Shown here: positions 9,757-19,466 of the stretch, piece after piece
Numbering within the stretch: position 1 is the first letter of the stretch
Layout: each line of letters begins with the position of its first letter
Assembly: GCA_963664815.2 (NCBI GenBank)
Contig: CAXXHB010000003.1
Coordinates: 928,001 to 992,000, forward strand
Direction: 5' to 3'
DNA: 64,000 nucleotides
Origin: Spirochaetota bacterium
GTDB lineage: Bacteria; Spirochaetota; UBA4802; UBA5550
The notes under the pieces: model-generated
Seen by the model: the letters and a program-made list of their open reading frames with translations, nothing else
The model's database searches: none
Told to the model about the DNA's origin: nothing
Made by a program: the position numbers and the translations under genes

Positions 9757-10662
9757 ATGCATGCATCAAGTTCCCGCACGGTTGGTTTAATATGTCTGGT
9801 TGTTACTATACTGCTTTTCAGTACCTTTGAGATTGTATCGAAATTTCTCTCTCCGCACATGAATCCATTACAGATTACTTTTTCACGGTTTTTGATCGGG
9901 GGGATAGTTCTTCTGCCGTTTACGTTATACAGGATGAAAAGGGTTCGGCTTGTATTATCAAAAACCGATTTTTTATATATCGGTATGCTCGGTTTTATAA
10001 ATATTGTTGTAAGTATGGGTTTAATTCAGCTGGGGCTGGTATATACCAATGCGTCTGTATGTGCAGTTCTTTTCAGCGTTAACCCGCTGTTTGTTGTGCT
10101 GTTTGCCAGGCCGATGCTTGGTGAGCGGATCACTGTTAATAAATTCATCGGTCTATTGCTCGGATTATCCGGAGTAATAATTCTTTTCTTTGACAGTTTA
10201 AACAGGAAAACTTCCACGACCTTCGGGTTACTTCTCATTTCGGGTGCAGCTTTGTTTTTCGCGCTATATACAGTCATGGGTAAAAAAGTAATAAATAAAA
10301 GAAAGATAGACAGTCTGGTGGTTACAACCTTTTCATTTTTAATCGGCAGTGTATTTCTTGTACCGGTTCAGTTTTTTTTTAAAAGCCCGCTTTTCCCGGA
10401 TGTCAGCGCCGTCATTCCACAGCTTTTATACATGTCAATAGCGATTACCGGGATTGCTTATGTTTTATATTTTGAAGGATTGTCACGGCTTGAAGCCGGA
10501 GCAGGCTCAATGCTGTATTTTGCCAAGCCTGCAATCGCGTCAATACTCGCAATAATAATTCTGAAAGAAAGCCCCGGAATTAATCTCTTTATTGGAATTG
10601 TTGTAATTGCCGCCGGAATATTAATATCACAATTTGCAATCTTTTCAACAGAGAGAGATTGA
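9757..10662 (+). CDS. EamA/DMT family transporter
   Basis: About 10 TM helices in two repeats; RFLIGG, LGERIT and G..LI..G motifs. Confidence 0.9.
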   Translation: MHASSSRTVGLICLVVTILLFSTFEIVSKFLSPHMNPLQITFSRFLIGGIVLLPFTLYRMKRVRLVLSKTDFLYIGMLGFINIVVSMGLIQLGLVYTNASVCAVLFSVNPLFVVLFARPMLGERITVNKFIGLLLGLSGVIILFFDSLNRKTSTTFGLLLISGAALFFALYTVMGKKVINKRKIDSLVVTTFSFLIGSVFLVPVQFFFKSPLFPDVSAVIPQLLYMSIAITGIAYVLYFEGLSRLEAGAGSMLYFAKPAIASILAIIILKESPGINLFIGIVVIAAGILISQFAIFSTERD

Positions 10663-10722
10663 AATAAGCGTTATAAATTCACCACAGCTATTATCATAGC
10701 AGCGGAAATGGGATGGTGAGAA

Positions 10723-11409
10723 ATGAGAAAATATGTGTTTTATTTTATGCTGCTATTCTCCATATTTACTGCAATTGTTATGGCAGAAATTACTTCTACC
10801 GTGGAAATTCCAGCCAGGGGTGCGGGTGATACACTGGCAATATTTTTATCGGGAGACGGCGGATGGAGAAAAATAGATCAGGATATCTCCTCTACGCTGG
10901 CTTCGCAGGGTATACATGTTATTGGATTTAATTCAATGAAGTATTTCTGGAAGAAAAGGACTCCGGAAGATACAGCAAATGGCATCGGTATGCTGATAAA
11001 TTCTTACATAAGTAAAACAGGGAGAAAAAAGGTTATCCTGATAGGTTATTCTTTCGGTGCGGATGTCATGCCGTTTATAATAAACAGGCTGCCTGAAAAA
11101 ACACGTTCAAAACTTGCCGGTGCAGTGCTGCTTGGTGTTGAACCTGATGCGGCATTTGAAATTACTGCTGATGAATGGCTGGGAAGGATAAGGGGCGACT
11201 ATGCAACACTCCCTGAAATTTTAAAAATCGATGATATGCCTCTTGTCTTTATTGAAGGTTCAAATGATAATAATTCAATGATTAAAAATCTTCACAGAAA
11301 AAATTTTGAGGTCATGATTATCAGCGGCGGGCACCATTTTGATGGAGATTATAAAAGGCTGGCTTGGATAATTATTAACTGGAATAAAAAAAACAGCAGA
11401 GCAAGATAA
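10723..11409 (+). CDS. AcvB/VirJ family (lysyl-phosphatidylglycerol hydrolase-like) alpha/beta hydrolase
   Basis: Signal peptide, SGDGGW, GYSFGAD nucleophile elbow, GGHHFDGDY. Confidence 0.88.
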   Translation: MRKYVFYFMLLFSIFTAIVMAEITSTVEIPARGAGDTLAIFLSGDGGWRKIDQDISSTLASQGIHVIGFNSMKYFWKKRTPEDTANGIGMLINSYISKTGRKKVILIGYSFGADVMPFIINRLPEKTRSKLAGAVLLGVEPDAAFEITADEWLGRIRGDYATLPEILKIDDMPLVFIEGSNDNNSMIKNLHRKNFEVMIISGGHHFDGDYKRLAWIIINWNKKNSRAR

Positions 11410-11538
11410 CTTTCGTAATAAAATATTTAATTAAGTGGAAATATTACCTGTCATATTTGTTGAAGTAAATATTTTTTAAATTGATGGAATAAAAACGAAG
11501 AGACCAGTTTTGTACTTAAACCTGATATATATATAAAT

Positions 11539-11576
11539 TCTGAACACGATTACAGGATTAAAAGATTATCGGGATT
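11539..11576 (+). repeat. TCTGAAC + 4x GATT periodic repeat (left copy)
   Basis: tctgaac-ac-gatt-acag-gatt-aaaa-gatt-atcgg-gatt. Confidence 0.7.
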
Positions 11577-11729
11577 CCCTGCGAATAGAGGTATTGTACA
11601 CCAGCGTACTCCACGTTGTGCATCAACAGGTTTATTATCAATACCACGGCAGATTTATGACAAATATCACAACCTGTTTACAGAGTATTCAATTTCGCTT
11701 CAATTACGCCTCAAACACCTTACTTACAG

Positions 11730-12269
11730 CTATAAACGCGCGTTTTTCTCTGTCAGTAACGGTGTTGAAACGGTATTGAAACGATTTTTAACAGGGTCTT
11801 CATACTGCTTGAGTCCCGTTTCAACAGATGTACATTTATCTTTTACTGCATTAATATTGTTCTCCCCATCTGCTGATCTGCTGTTTTCTGAATAGTAACA
11901 GGTATATTCTGTTACATCACCGGAATCTGATACAACCGCAGCATCCCCTGTTATGCCGTTTCCCGATGGAGTTACAGGGGAACCGGGTGCAATCCCGCGA
12001 AGGTATTCAGACATAAAGAGATTGTACCCTGATTTTTTCTTCCTCTTTGCCCTTATTCTGTAGAGGTTCTTCTCCTCTTCCGGGAGTACCTGCCATGCCT
12101 TTACGCTGCCGCTGAAATTTCCCCTGCATTTTACCTGTGGTTCCGTTCGCGGATTCTTAGGAATTGTGCGCCTTTTAATGTAGATCTTTCCATAGCGTCT
12201 GTAAAGCACAAGGCCGTCCAGACCTCCATGCGCAGTTCTTAAATAGGGATGAAGCTTAACTTTTGCCAT
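11730..12269 (-). CDS. Basic hypothetical protein, probably nucleic-acid binding
   Basis: K/R-rich 90-aa N-domain (GGLDGLVLYRRYGK, PKNPRTEPQ, KAWQ.L, SGYNLFMS), then a low-complexity tail; aaaggag RBS. Confidence 0.7.
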   Translation of the reverse strand: MAKVKLHPYLRTAHGGLDGLVLYRRYGKIYIKRRTIPKNPRTEPQVKCRGNFSGSVKAWQVLPEEEKNLYRIRAKRKKKSGYNLFMSEYLRGIAPGSPVTPSGNGITGDAAVVSDSGDVTEYTCYYSENSRSADGENNINAVKDKCTSVETGLKQYEDPVKNRFNTVSTPLLTEKNARL

Positions 12270-12599
12270 AGATTTACACTCCTTTATTGCTGTTATATTT
12301 TGTTATTATATTGAGATTTATGTCTCTTATAACCAGTGCGGAAAAACAAATGACATGGGGCAAGCAGATTTTTAAAAATTTTATATGTAAGAAAACCAGA
12401 TTTATCAAAGAGTGTATTCTGCTTTGACCCTTCATGGCGGGATTTAAGGGCTTATGGTACATGTAAATTTACCAGCTGATGTACCCGACAGACCGAAGTG
12501 TGCGGGGGCTGTGCAGATACGGCTGCTTAAGGTATACTTTATAGGCAGTGATGCAATGGCCGGGATTAACATTTAAAGAATGAGAATTCGCTGTCACAG

Positions 12600-12639
12600 A
12601 ATCATGCCAATCCTGTAATCATGAAAATCCTGGTTCAGA
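12600..12639 (-). repeat. TCTGAAC + 4x GATT periodic repeat (right copy, inverted)
   Basis: Reverse complement tctgaac-cag-gatt-ttcat-gatt-acag-gatt-ggcat-gatt. Confidence 0.7.
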
Positions 12640-12677
12640 CAACAGCAGAGTGGAACGTCTTATTCCGAAAGTGCGCA

Positions 12678-12744
12678 CTCCCCGAGTGACGGCGCAAAAT
12701 AACAGGTTCTTAAATTGTCAAAAGTACGCCGCTGTACCGAGGGG
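12678..12744. repeat. REP/MITE-like GC-rich palindromic element
   Basis: ctccccgagtgacggcg ... cgccgctgtaccgagggg imperfect inverted arms around an AT-rich spacer. Confidence 0.45.
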
Positions 12745-12782
12745 TGGCATGTAATACATAAAGATTTATCAGGCATGAGATA

Positions 12783-13088
12783 TCAATGTTCGATAAAAAC
12801 TATTATAAAACCCACAATGACCATTACCAGCATTCCGGTAAAAAAACATATATCAGCAATCCATTCCAGTTTTCTGTGATTATTATATCTTAGCGACATG
12901 TATGAAATAAATGCTGATATGATAAAAAGAAATGCATCTATACCGATTATTTCATCAGCTATTGAGGTTATATTGCTTTTTGTTATTACGAAAAGTGAAA
13001 TTACTGTAATGCATACTCCGATCATCGTTGTAGAACCTGTAAAAATGTGATTGGCGATATTTCTGTCAGTTTTCGTTTCTTTATCCAT
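12783..13088 (-). CDS. Small 3-TM hypothetical membrane protein
   Basis: Three hydrophobic helices; HIFTGSTTMIGVC N-terminal motif. Confidence 0.75.
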   Translation of the reverse strand: MDKETKTDRNIANHIFTGSTTMIGVCITVISLFVITKSNITSIADEIIGIDAFLFIISAFISYMSLRYNNHRKLEWIADICFFTGMLVMVIVGFIIVFIEH

Positions 13089-13291
13089 ATTAACCCGGTT
13101 TATAATGCTTTTTATTCAACAGATATATGCGTGAGCCATTTACGGTTTTAGTTACACGTTTAATCCTGGTCAGTTGCCGTTTGTGGAATAAAACCTGTAT
13201 GAATAATCGTTGACTACTGTTCTTTAATATCATTTCACTGTTTAATAGCTCTTCTGACAGAATCCATTCGATCATATTAAGAGGATGCCCT

Positions 13292-14560
13292 GTGAAATAT
13301 ATCATTTCTGTTATAATAACCATTCTTTTTCCCTTTATCAGTGTGCATCTTTATGCGCACGATAATACCACGGAAAAAAATTATCCTTTTATATGGGGAA
13401 CATCACCAAACCTCGAATCGATATCAACAGATTTTATGAGTTTTAGCAACCTGACATTTGACATTATAACAGATTCAATCGATAATTCGTCATATGACAA
13501 TCCCGGTTACAGGCTTGCAAATTCCCTGTTTCAGCTTATTCTTGGCAACTCTCTCTGGGCAATGGCGCCGCACGAATGCGGCCATGTGTCAAGGGCACAT
13601 GAATACGGGGTAGATGCAGAGGTTTCATCTGTAATGCCCTTTGACGGATGGTATAGGTATACTACTCCTTTTTATTCGGTTTCTCCGGAAAAAAGAATGA
13701 TGATTTCCGCATCGGGGCCTGCGGTTAATACTTTGAGCCTTTACAGCGTATCAAAGCAGATGTATTCCGGAGAGAAGGTGCCGGCATATTACGGTATGTA
13801 TGAATTGATGCGGACTATCCCTATGATAAGCTATATGGTTAATTTTCGCAGCTATCTTAATAATCCCGATGACTATTTAAAAAATGTCAATTATAGTAAG
13901 CCTGGAGACTCATTTGCCTATGGTGTTTCACTCGCTGAAATATATGCCGGGAAGCGCGGGTACCTGGACTCATATACCGGAAGTAAGGACGATCTGCCGT
14001 ATTACCTGAACCAGACCATGGGGGGTTTTATGAAGGATCAGAGCAACCGAATGATGATAGCATATTCTCTTCAACTCCTTGATCCTGCAATACTTTCAGC
14101 TGTGTATGGCACAGTTTCCGGGTATATAATAAATGGCGATCCATATTTTAAGCCATGGATGATGCAGGTAGGCGATATACGGTTTATGCCGTCAATAAGG
14201 GCTGATATGGGGGAACTGGGGATAGAAAACTGTTTTGATATGTTTTTTCTGGTTAAAGATTTACCTCCGTTTTCTGTATATTACAGGTATGGCGGTAACG
14301 AGGATAACAGCCTGCATGGAGGAGGTTTTGAAATAAGGGACATTCCCGTTATTGCCGGACTCAAAATAAATCTGCAGGCCGATTACTGGAACAGTTACTT
14401 AAACAGATCGGGTTTTAATACAGCGGCTGCATTTGACATTGCAGCAGACAGAATAATAGATATTATACTGTCTGCAGGGTATAAAACAGAAGGTCTCGTT
14501 TCAGGAAGCAGTCTGGATAAAGGATTTTACGGACACGGCGGGATTGGGCTCACTTTTTGA
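13292..14560 (+). CDS. Exported protein with an HExxH zinc motif and a C-terminal beta-barrel
   Basis: Signal peptide, PHECGH, ISASGPAVN, amphipathic strands ending in a terminal Phe (GGIGLTF). Confidence 0.7.
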   Translation: MKYIISVIITILFPFISVHLYAHDNTTEKNYPFIWGTSPNLESISTDFMSFSNLTFDIITDSIDNSSYDNPGYRLANSLFQLILGNSLWAMAPHECGHVSRAHEYGVDAEVSSVMPFDGWYRYTTPFYSVSPEKRMMISASGPAVNTLSLYSVSKQMYSGEKVPAYYGMYELMRTIPMISYMVNFRSYLNNPDDYLKNVNYSKPGDSFAYGVSLAEIYAGKRGYLDSYTGSKDDLPYYLNQTMGGFMKDQSNRMMIAYSLQLLDPAILSAVYGTVSGYIINGDPYFKPWMMQVGDIRFMPSIRADMGELGIENCFDMFFLVKDLPPFSVYYRYGGNEDNSLHGGGFEIRDIPVIAGLKINLQADYWNSYLNRSGFNTAAAFDIAADRIIDIILSAGYKTEGLVSGSSLDKGFYGHGGIGLTF

Positions 14561-14777
14561 AGAGCTCCGGAAATAATATTTATCCATGGAGGCCATCCGC
14601 TCAGCGGCAGTGAGTATGCAGGAAAATTAAAAAAATCCCCGGACTTCCGGCATTGTCTCCTTGCATATTTTCATGATGGAGTGTTGTGAAATCTTATTTT
14701 TTTATTTGCAATTCCAGGGTGATTATAGTTTTTCTGACTGTAAAACACTTTCATTGTCATTATATAAACCTGTAATT

Positions 14778-15962
14778 ATGAAAACTTCGCGAAACATTAT
14801 GCTGCTATACATTTTCAGTCTGTTCAAGAACCTGCTGTTCTTCGGGGCTGTTGTTGTACCGTTTTATCTGCACAGGATAGGTCTTGACTATACCCGTATG
14901 TTTACACTTGAAGCAATATTCTCAATAGCCATGATATTGTTTGAAATACCCACGGGAGTCGTTGCCGACAGGTGGGGAAGGAGAATATCCCTTTTCTGGG
15001 GGGCTCTCTTTTTTGGAGCCGGGTTTTTCATATTCGGAATTACCTTCTCATATCCGGTACTTGTTGCCGCAGAGATTATATGTGCGTTCGGTATGACTAT
15101 GATAAGCGGGGCCGACAGGGCAATACTCTACGACCTGCTTAAGGAGAGGGGAGAGGAGGGGGATGCCCCGGCAGTAATGTCGCACTATGATGCATTTGGT
15201 ACCGCAGGGATGCTTATGGCCTTCCCTGCGGGATCCCTTGCCGCAGGGAGCGGTATACTCCCATATACAACAGCACTGGGACTGGTGTTTATTGCATCAG
15301 CGATTTCGTGTGCTGTGGCAGGTTTTATAATTCTTGCAGTACATGAGCCGGCAAGGATTAAAACAGAAACGGGCGCTCTGAGACAGGGGATTGAGGGTCT
15401 CCTGCAGATATGGAGGATTCCCCGCCTCCGCCTTTTCAGCCTGAATTTCGCGTTTATCTCTTCTCTTACATTTTTCATGTTCTGGTTTTATCAGCCGCTT
15501 CTCATGAATAACCTGTTCCCCATTTCACTGCAGGGATTTGTTGCCGCGGGATTTAATTTTTCCGCAATGGTTCTGCTTCTGCTTGCAACACCTGCACTGC
15601 GGGTTATGGGGGTCCGGAATACCCTCTTTCTGTCATCGGTTATACCCGGTGTTCTTTATATTCTCGCCTGTTTTGTCCCGGGCATTGCAATGGCCTTTAT
15701 TGCAATTTTCGGGATAACAAACCTGAAGCTTTTTCGCGCACCGCTGCTGGGTGCACTTATGAACGAAGATATAAACAGCTCCAACAGAGCCACTGTACTT
15801 TCCGGCGTATCAATGATCGAACGCGTATCTACAACAATACTCTACCCTGTTTCAGGCCTTCTTGCGGATAAATCGCTGAATATGACATTTGCTGTTATAG
15901 GGGGAATTACGATATTGATGGCTTTTCTTCTCCGTATTGAAGAGGAGCATATAAAATCGTAA
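14778..15962 (+). CDS. MFS transporter
   Basis: FEIPTGVVADRWGRR (motif A), SGADRAILYD, about 12 TM; start chosen at MKTSRN. Confidence 0.9.
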   Translation: MKTSRNIMLLYIFSLFKNLLFFGAVVVPFYLHRIGLDYTRMFTLEAIFSIAMILFEIPTGVVADRWGRRISLFWGALFFGAGFFIFGITFSYPVLVAAEIICAFGMTMISGADRAILYDLLKERGEEGDAPAVMSHYDAFGTAGMLMAFPAGSLAAGSGILPYTTALGLVFIASAISCAVAGFIILAVHEPARIKTETGALRQGIEGLLQIWRIPRLRLFSLNFAFISSLTFFMFWFYQPLLMNNLFPISLQGFVAAGFNFSAMVLLLLATPALRVMGVRNTLFLSSVIPGVLYILACFVPGIAMAFIAIFGITNLKLFRAPLLGALMNEDINSSNRATVLSGVSMIERVSTTILYPVSGLLADKSLNMTFAVIGGITILMAFLLRIEEEHIKS

Positions 15963-16132
15963 AAACTGACTGAACAGGGCATCGCTGGTTAACCGGGCTG
16001 AAAGATCAATTCGAAAGGTACTTGCGCTTGATCATTTCCCGGGAAATTTATAGAGCATTTCTACAACTCCACTTTATCGGCATACAATTAAACAATATTT
16101 AATCTATTTTTCCCATTTTTTCTATTTATTTG

Positions 16133-16200
16133 TTGACATTTACCTCTAATTTGGTAAAAAGTGGGGAAATGTGGTGAATTTATTTAAATTATACCACTTT
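16133..16200 (+). promoter_or_regulatory. dcw promoter with MraZ operator repeats
   Basis: TTGACA at 16133, followed by 10-bp-spaced ttggt/gtggg/gtggt direct repeats (16151-16180) and an inverted accac copy. Confidence 0.7.
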
Positions 16201-16223
16201 CCAGGGTTATCAGGTAAAATCAT

Positions 16224-16661
16224 ATGTTTATGGGTGAATATTCACCGGCACTCGATGAAAAGGGGAGAGTCGCAATCCCTGTTAAATTGAGAAAAGCCTT
16301 CGGAGAGGAAGCTTCTGTGGAGAAGCTGGTGGTTACTCATGGTTTTGATAAATGTCTCATGGCATTCCGGGAAGAGGAATGGAAGGATTTTGTTGAAACA
16401 AAGCTTATGCCTCTCTCACAGTCCGATCCTAAGAACAGGATGAGTGTAAGGTTTCTTATCGGCGGGGCAAGTGAATGTGAGCTTGATAAACAGGGAAGAA
16501 TGGTAATCCCTTCGTATCTTCTTAAGTATGCTGAAATTGAGAGTGATCTTGTTATACTGGGTTTAAGCAATAAAATTGAAATATGGTCAAAAGAGGTTTA
16601 TGAAAAATACATGCCGGAAGGGAGCGCTCTTGAATCCTTCGCGAATGACCTGGGATTTTAA
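16224..16661 (+). CDS. mraZ: Division/cell wall cluster repressor MraZ
   Basis: MFMGEY..LDEKGRVAIP and LDKQGRMVIP duplicated motifs. Confidence 0.96.
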   Translation: MFMGEYSPALDEKGRVAIPVKLRKAFGEEASVEKLVVTHGFDKCLMAFREEEWKDFVETKLMPLSQSDPKNRMSVRFLIGGASECELDKQGRMVIPSYLLKYAEIESDLVILGLSNKIEIWSKEVYEKYMPEGSALESFANDLGF

Positions 16662-16676
16662 CGGTTGTATTGACTG

Positions 16677-17660
16677 ATGGGACATAATCACAAGCCAGAT
16701 GAATTTTTTAACCCGGCATATGTGCATAAACCTGTTTTATGGCGGGAAATTGCTGATTTTATAAAAGATTCTTTGAAAAAGGGTGAGGGTCATCTGGCAG
16801 ACTGCACATTGGGCGAGGGGGGGCATTCAGAACTTTTTCTTAATATGTTTCCCGGGTTGAGTGTTACAGGATTTGAAAGGGACAGAGAAATTTTAGAAAA
16901 AGCGAAGGAAAGACTTGCCTGTTTCGGTGATAGAATTTCTTTTGTTAACAGCAATTTTTCAGGAATTGCGGAACACTTTGAGGGGAAAGAAAAACCCGAT
17001 TATATACTCTATGATTTTGGAATTTCTTCTTATCATTTTGATAAAAGCGGCAGAGGATTTACCTTTTCCGCGGATGAGCCCCTTGATATGAGTCTTGACG
17101 GTGATGGTATTACGGCATGGCATGTTGTAAACAGGTACCCTCAGAAGGAGCTTGAAAGAGTTTTTAAAGAGTATGGAGAGGAGAACTGGGCTGCTCATAT
17201 AGCGAAGATTATAGTGGAAAGAAGGGCAAAAGAGCCGGTGGATACAACAACGCAGCTTGCTGATATAGTTCTGGCTGCTATACCAAAACATTTTCACGTG
17301 AAAAACATACACCCTGCAACCAGAGTTTTTCAGGGTATAAGAATAGAGGTTAACAGGGAGCTTCAATCTATTGAAGATGGTCTTAAGGGGGGATTTAAAA
17401 TCCTCGGGAACGACGGGGTTATGATGGCAATATCTTTCCATTCTCTTGAAGACAGGATTGTTAAGAATTTTTTCAGAAGAATGAAGGATGGATGTCTCTG
17501 CACACAGGAGCCTCAGCACTGCATGTGCAGTAATAAACCGTTTATGAAACTCCTTGCAAAAAAACCTCTTGAGGCAGAAGCGGATGAGGTTGTCTGGAAC
17601 AACAGATCAAGAAGCGCGAAACTTCGTGCGGCAGTAAAACTGAGAGATATAACCGGATGA
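16677..17660 (+). CDS. rsmH: 16S rRNA m4C1402 methyltransferase
   Basis: HKPVL, DCTLGEGGHS, HPATRVFQ, ISFHSLEDRIVK, RSRSAKLR. Confidence 0.97.
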   Translation: MGHNHKPDEFFNPAYVHKPVLWREIADFIKDSLKKGEGHLADCTLGEGGHSELFLNMFPGLSVTGFERDREILEKAKERLACFGDRISFVNSNFSGIAEHFEGKEKPDYILYDFGISSYHFDKSGRGFTFSADEPLDMSLDGDGITAWHVVNRYPQKELERVFKEYGEENWAAHIAKIIVERRAKEPVDTTTQLADIVLAAIPKHFHVKNIHPATRVFQGIRIEVNRELQSIEDGLKGGFKILGNDGVMMAISFHSLEDRIVKNFFRRMKDGCLCTQEPQHCMCSNKPFMKLLAKKPLEAEADEVVWNNRSRSAKLRAAVKLRDITG

Positions 17661-17944
17661 AATATTTTTCAATTGTATTTATGATAAGCGTTTATGTTGT
17701 TTTCTATGTATGGCAGAATATAGAGATGATGAAAATGAAGATGGATTATAAAAAACTGATCAAAACAGAGAAAGAGATAACTATTATAAATGATAAACTG
17801 AAATTTGACTTTGAGAGACTCAGAAGTTTTCGTGCTATCGAAGCCAATGCGGAAAAAAATAATCTCAGGCAGATCAGCCCGTCGGATCTTATTGTATTAA
17901 ATGTTAACGAAAGCGTCAAAAATGTGAAAGAAGAAAAAAAATAG
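17657..17944 (+). CDS. ftsL: FtsL-like cell division protein
   Basis: One N-terminal TM plus coiled coil, directly after rsmH. Confidence 0.7.
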   Translation: MKYFSIVFMISVYVVFYVWQNIEMMKMKMDYKKLIKTEKEITIINDKLKFDFERLRSFRAIEANAEKNNLRQISPSDLIVLNVNESVKNVKEEKK

Positions 17945-17945
17945 A

Positions 17946-19466
17946 ATGAAAATAAGCAATATAATAAATAATTCAGGGATGCTGGTTAAACCGGCGGAAA
18001 AATTTAATGATTCTGATATTACTTCAATAGAATATGATTCAAGAAAGGTGACTGGAAGCGCTCTTTTTGTAGCCGTTGAGGGATTTGAGAGCGACGGCCA
18101 TAAATTTGTCGGGAGCGCTGTAAATAATGGATGCAGATGCATTCTTGTTAATGAGTCGAGATATGCAGAATTCTCCATTCTTGCTGACAGGGGTGTTGTA
18201 ATACTGGTTTCAGAAAACACACGGCGCGCCCTCTCTGTCGTGTCTTCCGTTTTCTTCGGCAGGCCTTCGGAAAAGCTTCATGTTACCGGCATTACCGGGA
18301 CAAACGGTAAAACGTCCATTACATATCTCATGGAATCGGTATATGCTTCACAGGGGATATCATGCGGTATTATCGGCACTGTCAATTACAGGTGGAAGGG
18401 GAAAACTCTCCCCGCGCCGAATACCACGCCGGAATCGAAGGATATCCAGGAGCTGCTTAAAATGATGCTTGATGACGGGGTGACGCACGTTGTTATCGAG
18501 GTTTCATCACATGCCCTTGAACTTAACAGGGCAGATGATATCGAATTTGACAGTGTTGTGTTTACCAATCTTACCGGCGACCACCTTGATTTCCACAAAA
18601 CCCTTGATGCCTACTTTAACGCGAAGAAAAAAATTTTCGATCTCCTGGAAAAAAGCCTTAAGAAAAACAAAACGGCAATAGTAAACATTGATGATGATTA
18701 CGGCCGGAAAATATATAATGATAAAAACAGATACTCATTTAATATGAAATCGTACGGAACTTCAGACGGCGCTGATCTCAGGGCAGCTGAAAACTCAATT
18801 GAAAACAGAATTACAGGTATCAGTTACAACCTGACCTGTGATAGTGCAGAATATAAAGTATTGCTCAGACTCGCCGGAAAATTCCAGGTTTACAATTCAC
18901 TCGGGGCATTCGGATCGGCATTTTATTCAGGTATAAAGGCTGAGGCTGTGATTAACGGTATGTGTATGCTCGCATCAGTTCCGGGAAGACTTCAGGTCGT
19001 GGAATCGAAGCTCGGTTTTTACACAGTTGTCGATTACGCGCACACCGGAGATGCCCTTCTTAAGCTACTCCAGTCGGTTAACGAAATGCCGCATGGTAAA
19101 GTCATAGCGGTTTTCGGATGCGGCGGAGACAGGGACAGAACAAAGAGACCGGTAATGGGGAGAATCGCATTTGATAATTCAGATGTGGCAATTGTAACAA
19201 GTGACAATCCCCGTACCGAGGATCCTGAACTTATAATCAGGGATATAATCGACGGTATGGGTACTGGCGACTATGTTGTCGAACCTGACAGGGAGAGTGC
19301 AATAGCTCTTGCCGTGAAAAAAGCTGCTGATGGTGATATAGTGGTGCTTGCCGGTAAAGGGCATGAAGATTACCAGATTATAGGAAAGACTAAACGTCAT
19401 TTTGACGACAGGGAGATGGCGCTGAAATATATGACAGAGAGAGAAAGGGTTGAAGGGAACATTTAA
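17946..19466 (+). CDS. murE: UDP-MurNAc-dipeptide:meso-DAP ligase
   Basis: GITGTNGKTS, TTPES, EVSSHAL, DYAHT, DNPR, AGKGHE. Confidence 0.97.
   Translation: MKISNIINNSGMLVKPAEKFNDSDITSIEYDSRKVTGSALFVAVEGFESDGHKFVGSAVNNGCRCILVNESRYAEFSILADRGVVILVSENTRRALSVVSSVFFGRPSEKLHVTGITGTNGKTSITYLMESVYASQGISCGIIGTVNYRWKGKTLPAPNTTPESKDIQELLKMMLDDGVTHVVIEVSSHALELNRADDIEFDSVVFTNLTGDHLDFHKTLDAYFNAKKKIFDLLEKSLKKNKTAIVNIDDDYGRKIYNDKNRYSFNMKSYGTSDGADLRAAENSIENRITGISYNLTCDSAEYKVLLRLAGKFQVYNSLGAFGSAFYSGIKAEAVINGMCMLASVPGRLQVVESKLGFYTVVDYAHTGDALLKLLQSVNEMPHGKVIAVFGCGGDRDRTKRPVMGRIAFDNSDVAIVTSDNPRTEDPELIIRDIIDGMGTGDYVVEPDRESAIALAVKKAADGDIVVLAGKGHEDYQIIGKTKRHFDDREMALKYMTERERVEGNI

Noticed and set aside
12274-12462. 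62-aa ORF upstream of the basic orphan
   Set aside because: No RBS or recognisable motif; it overlaps the probable promoter region.
17490-17530. Cys cluster CLC..CMC in RsmH
   Set aside because: A common insertion in RsmH from many phyla; not novel.
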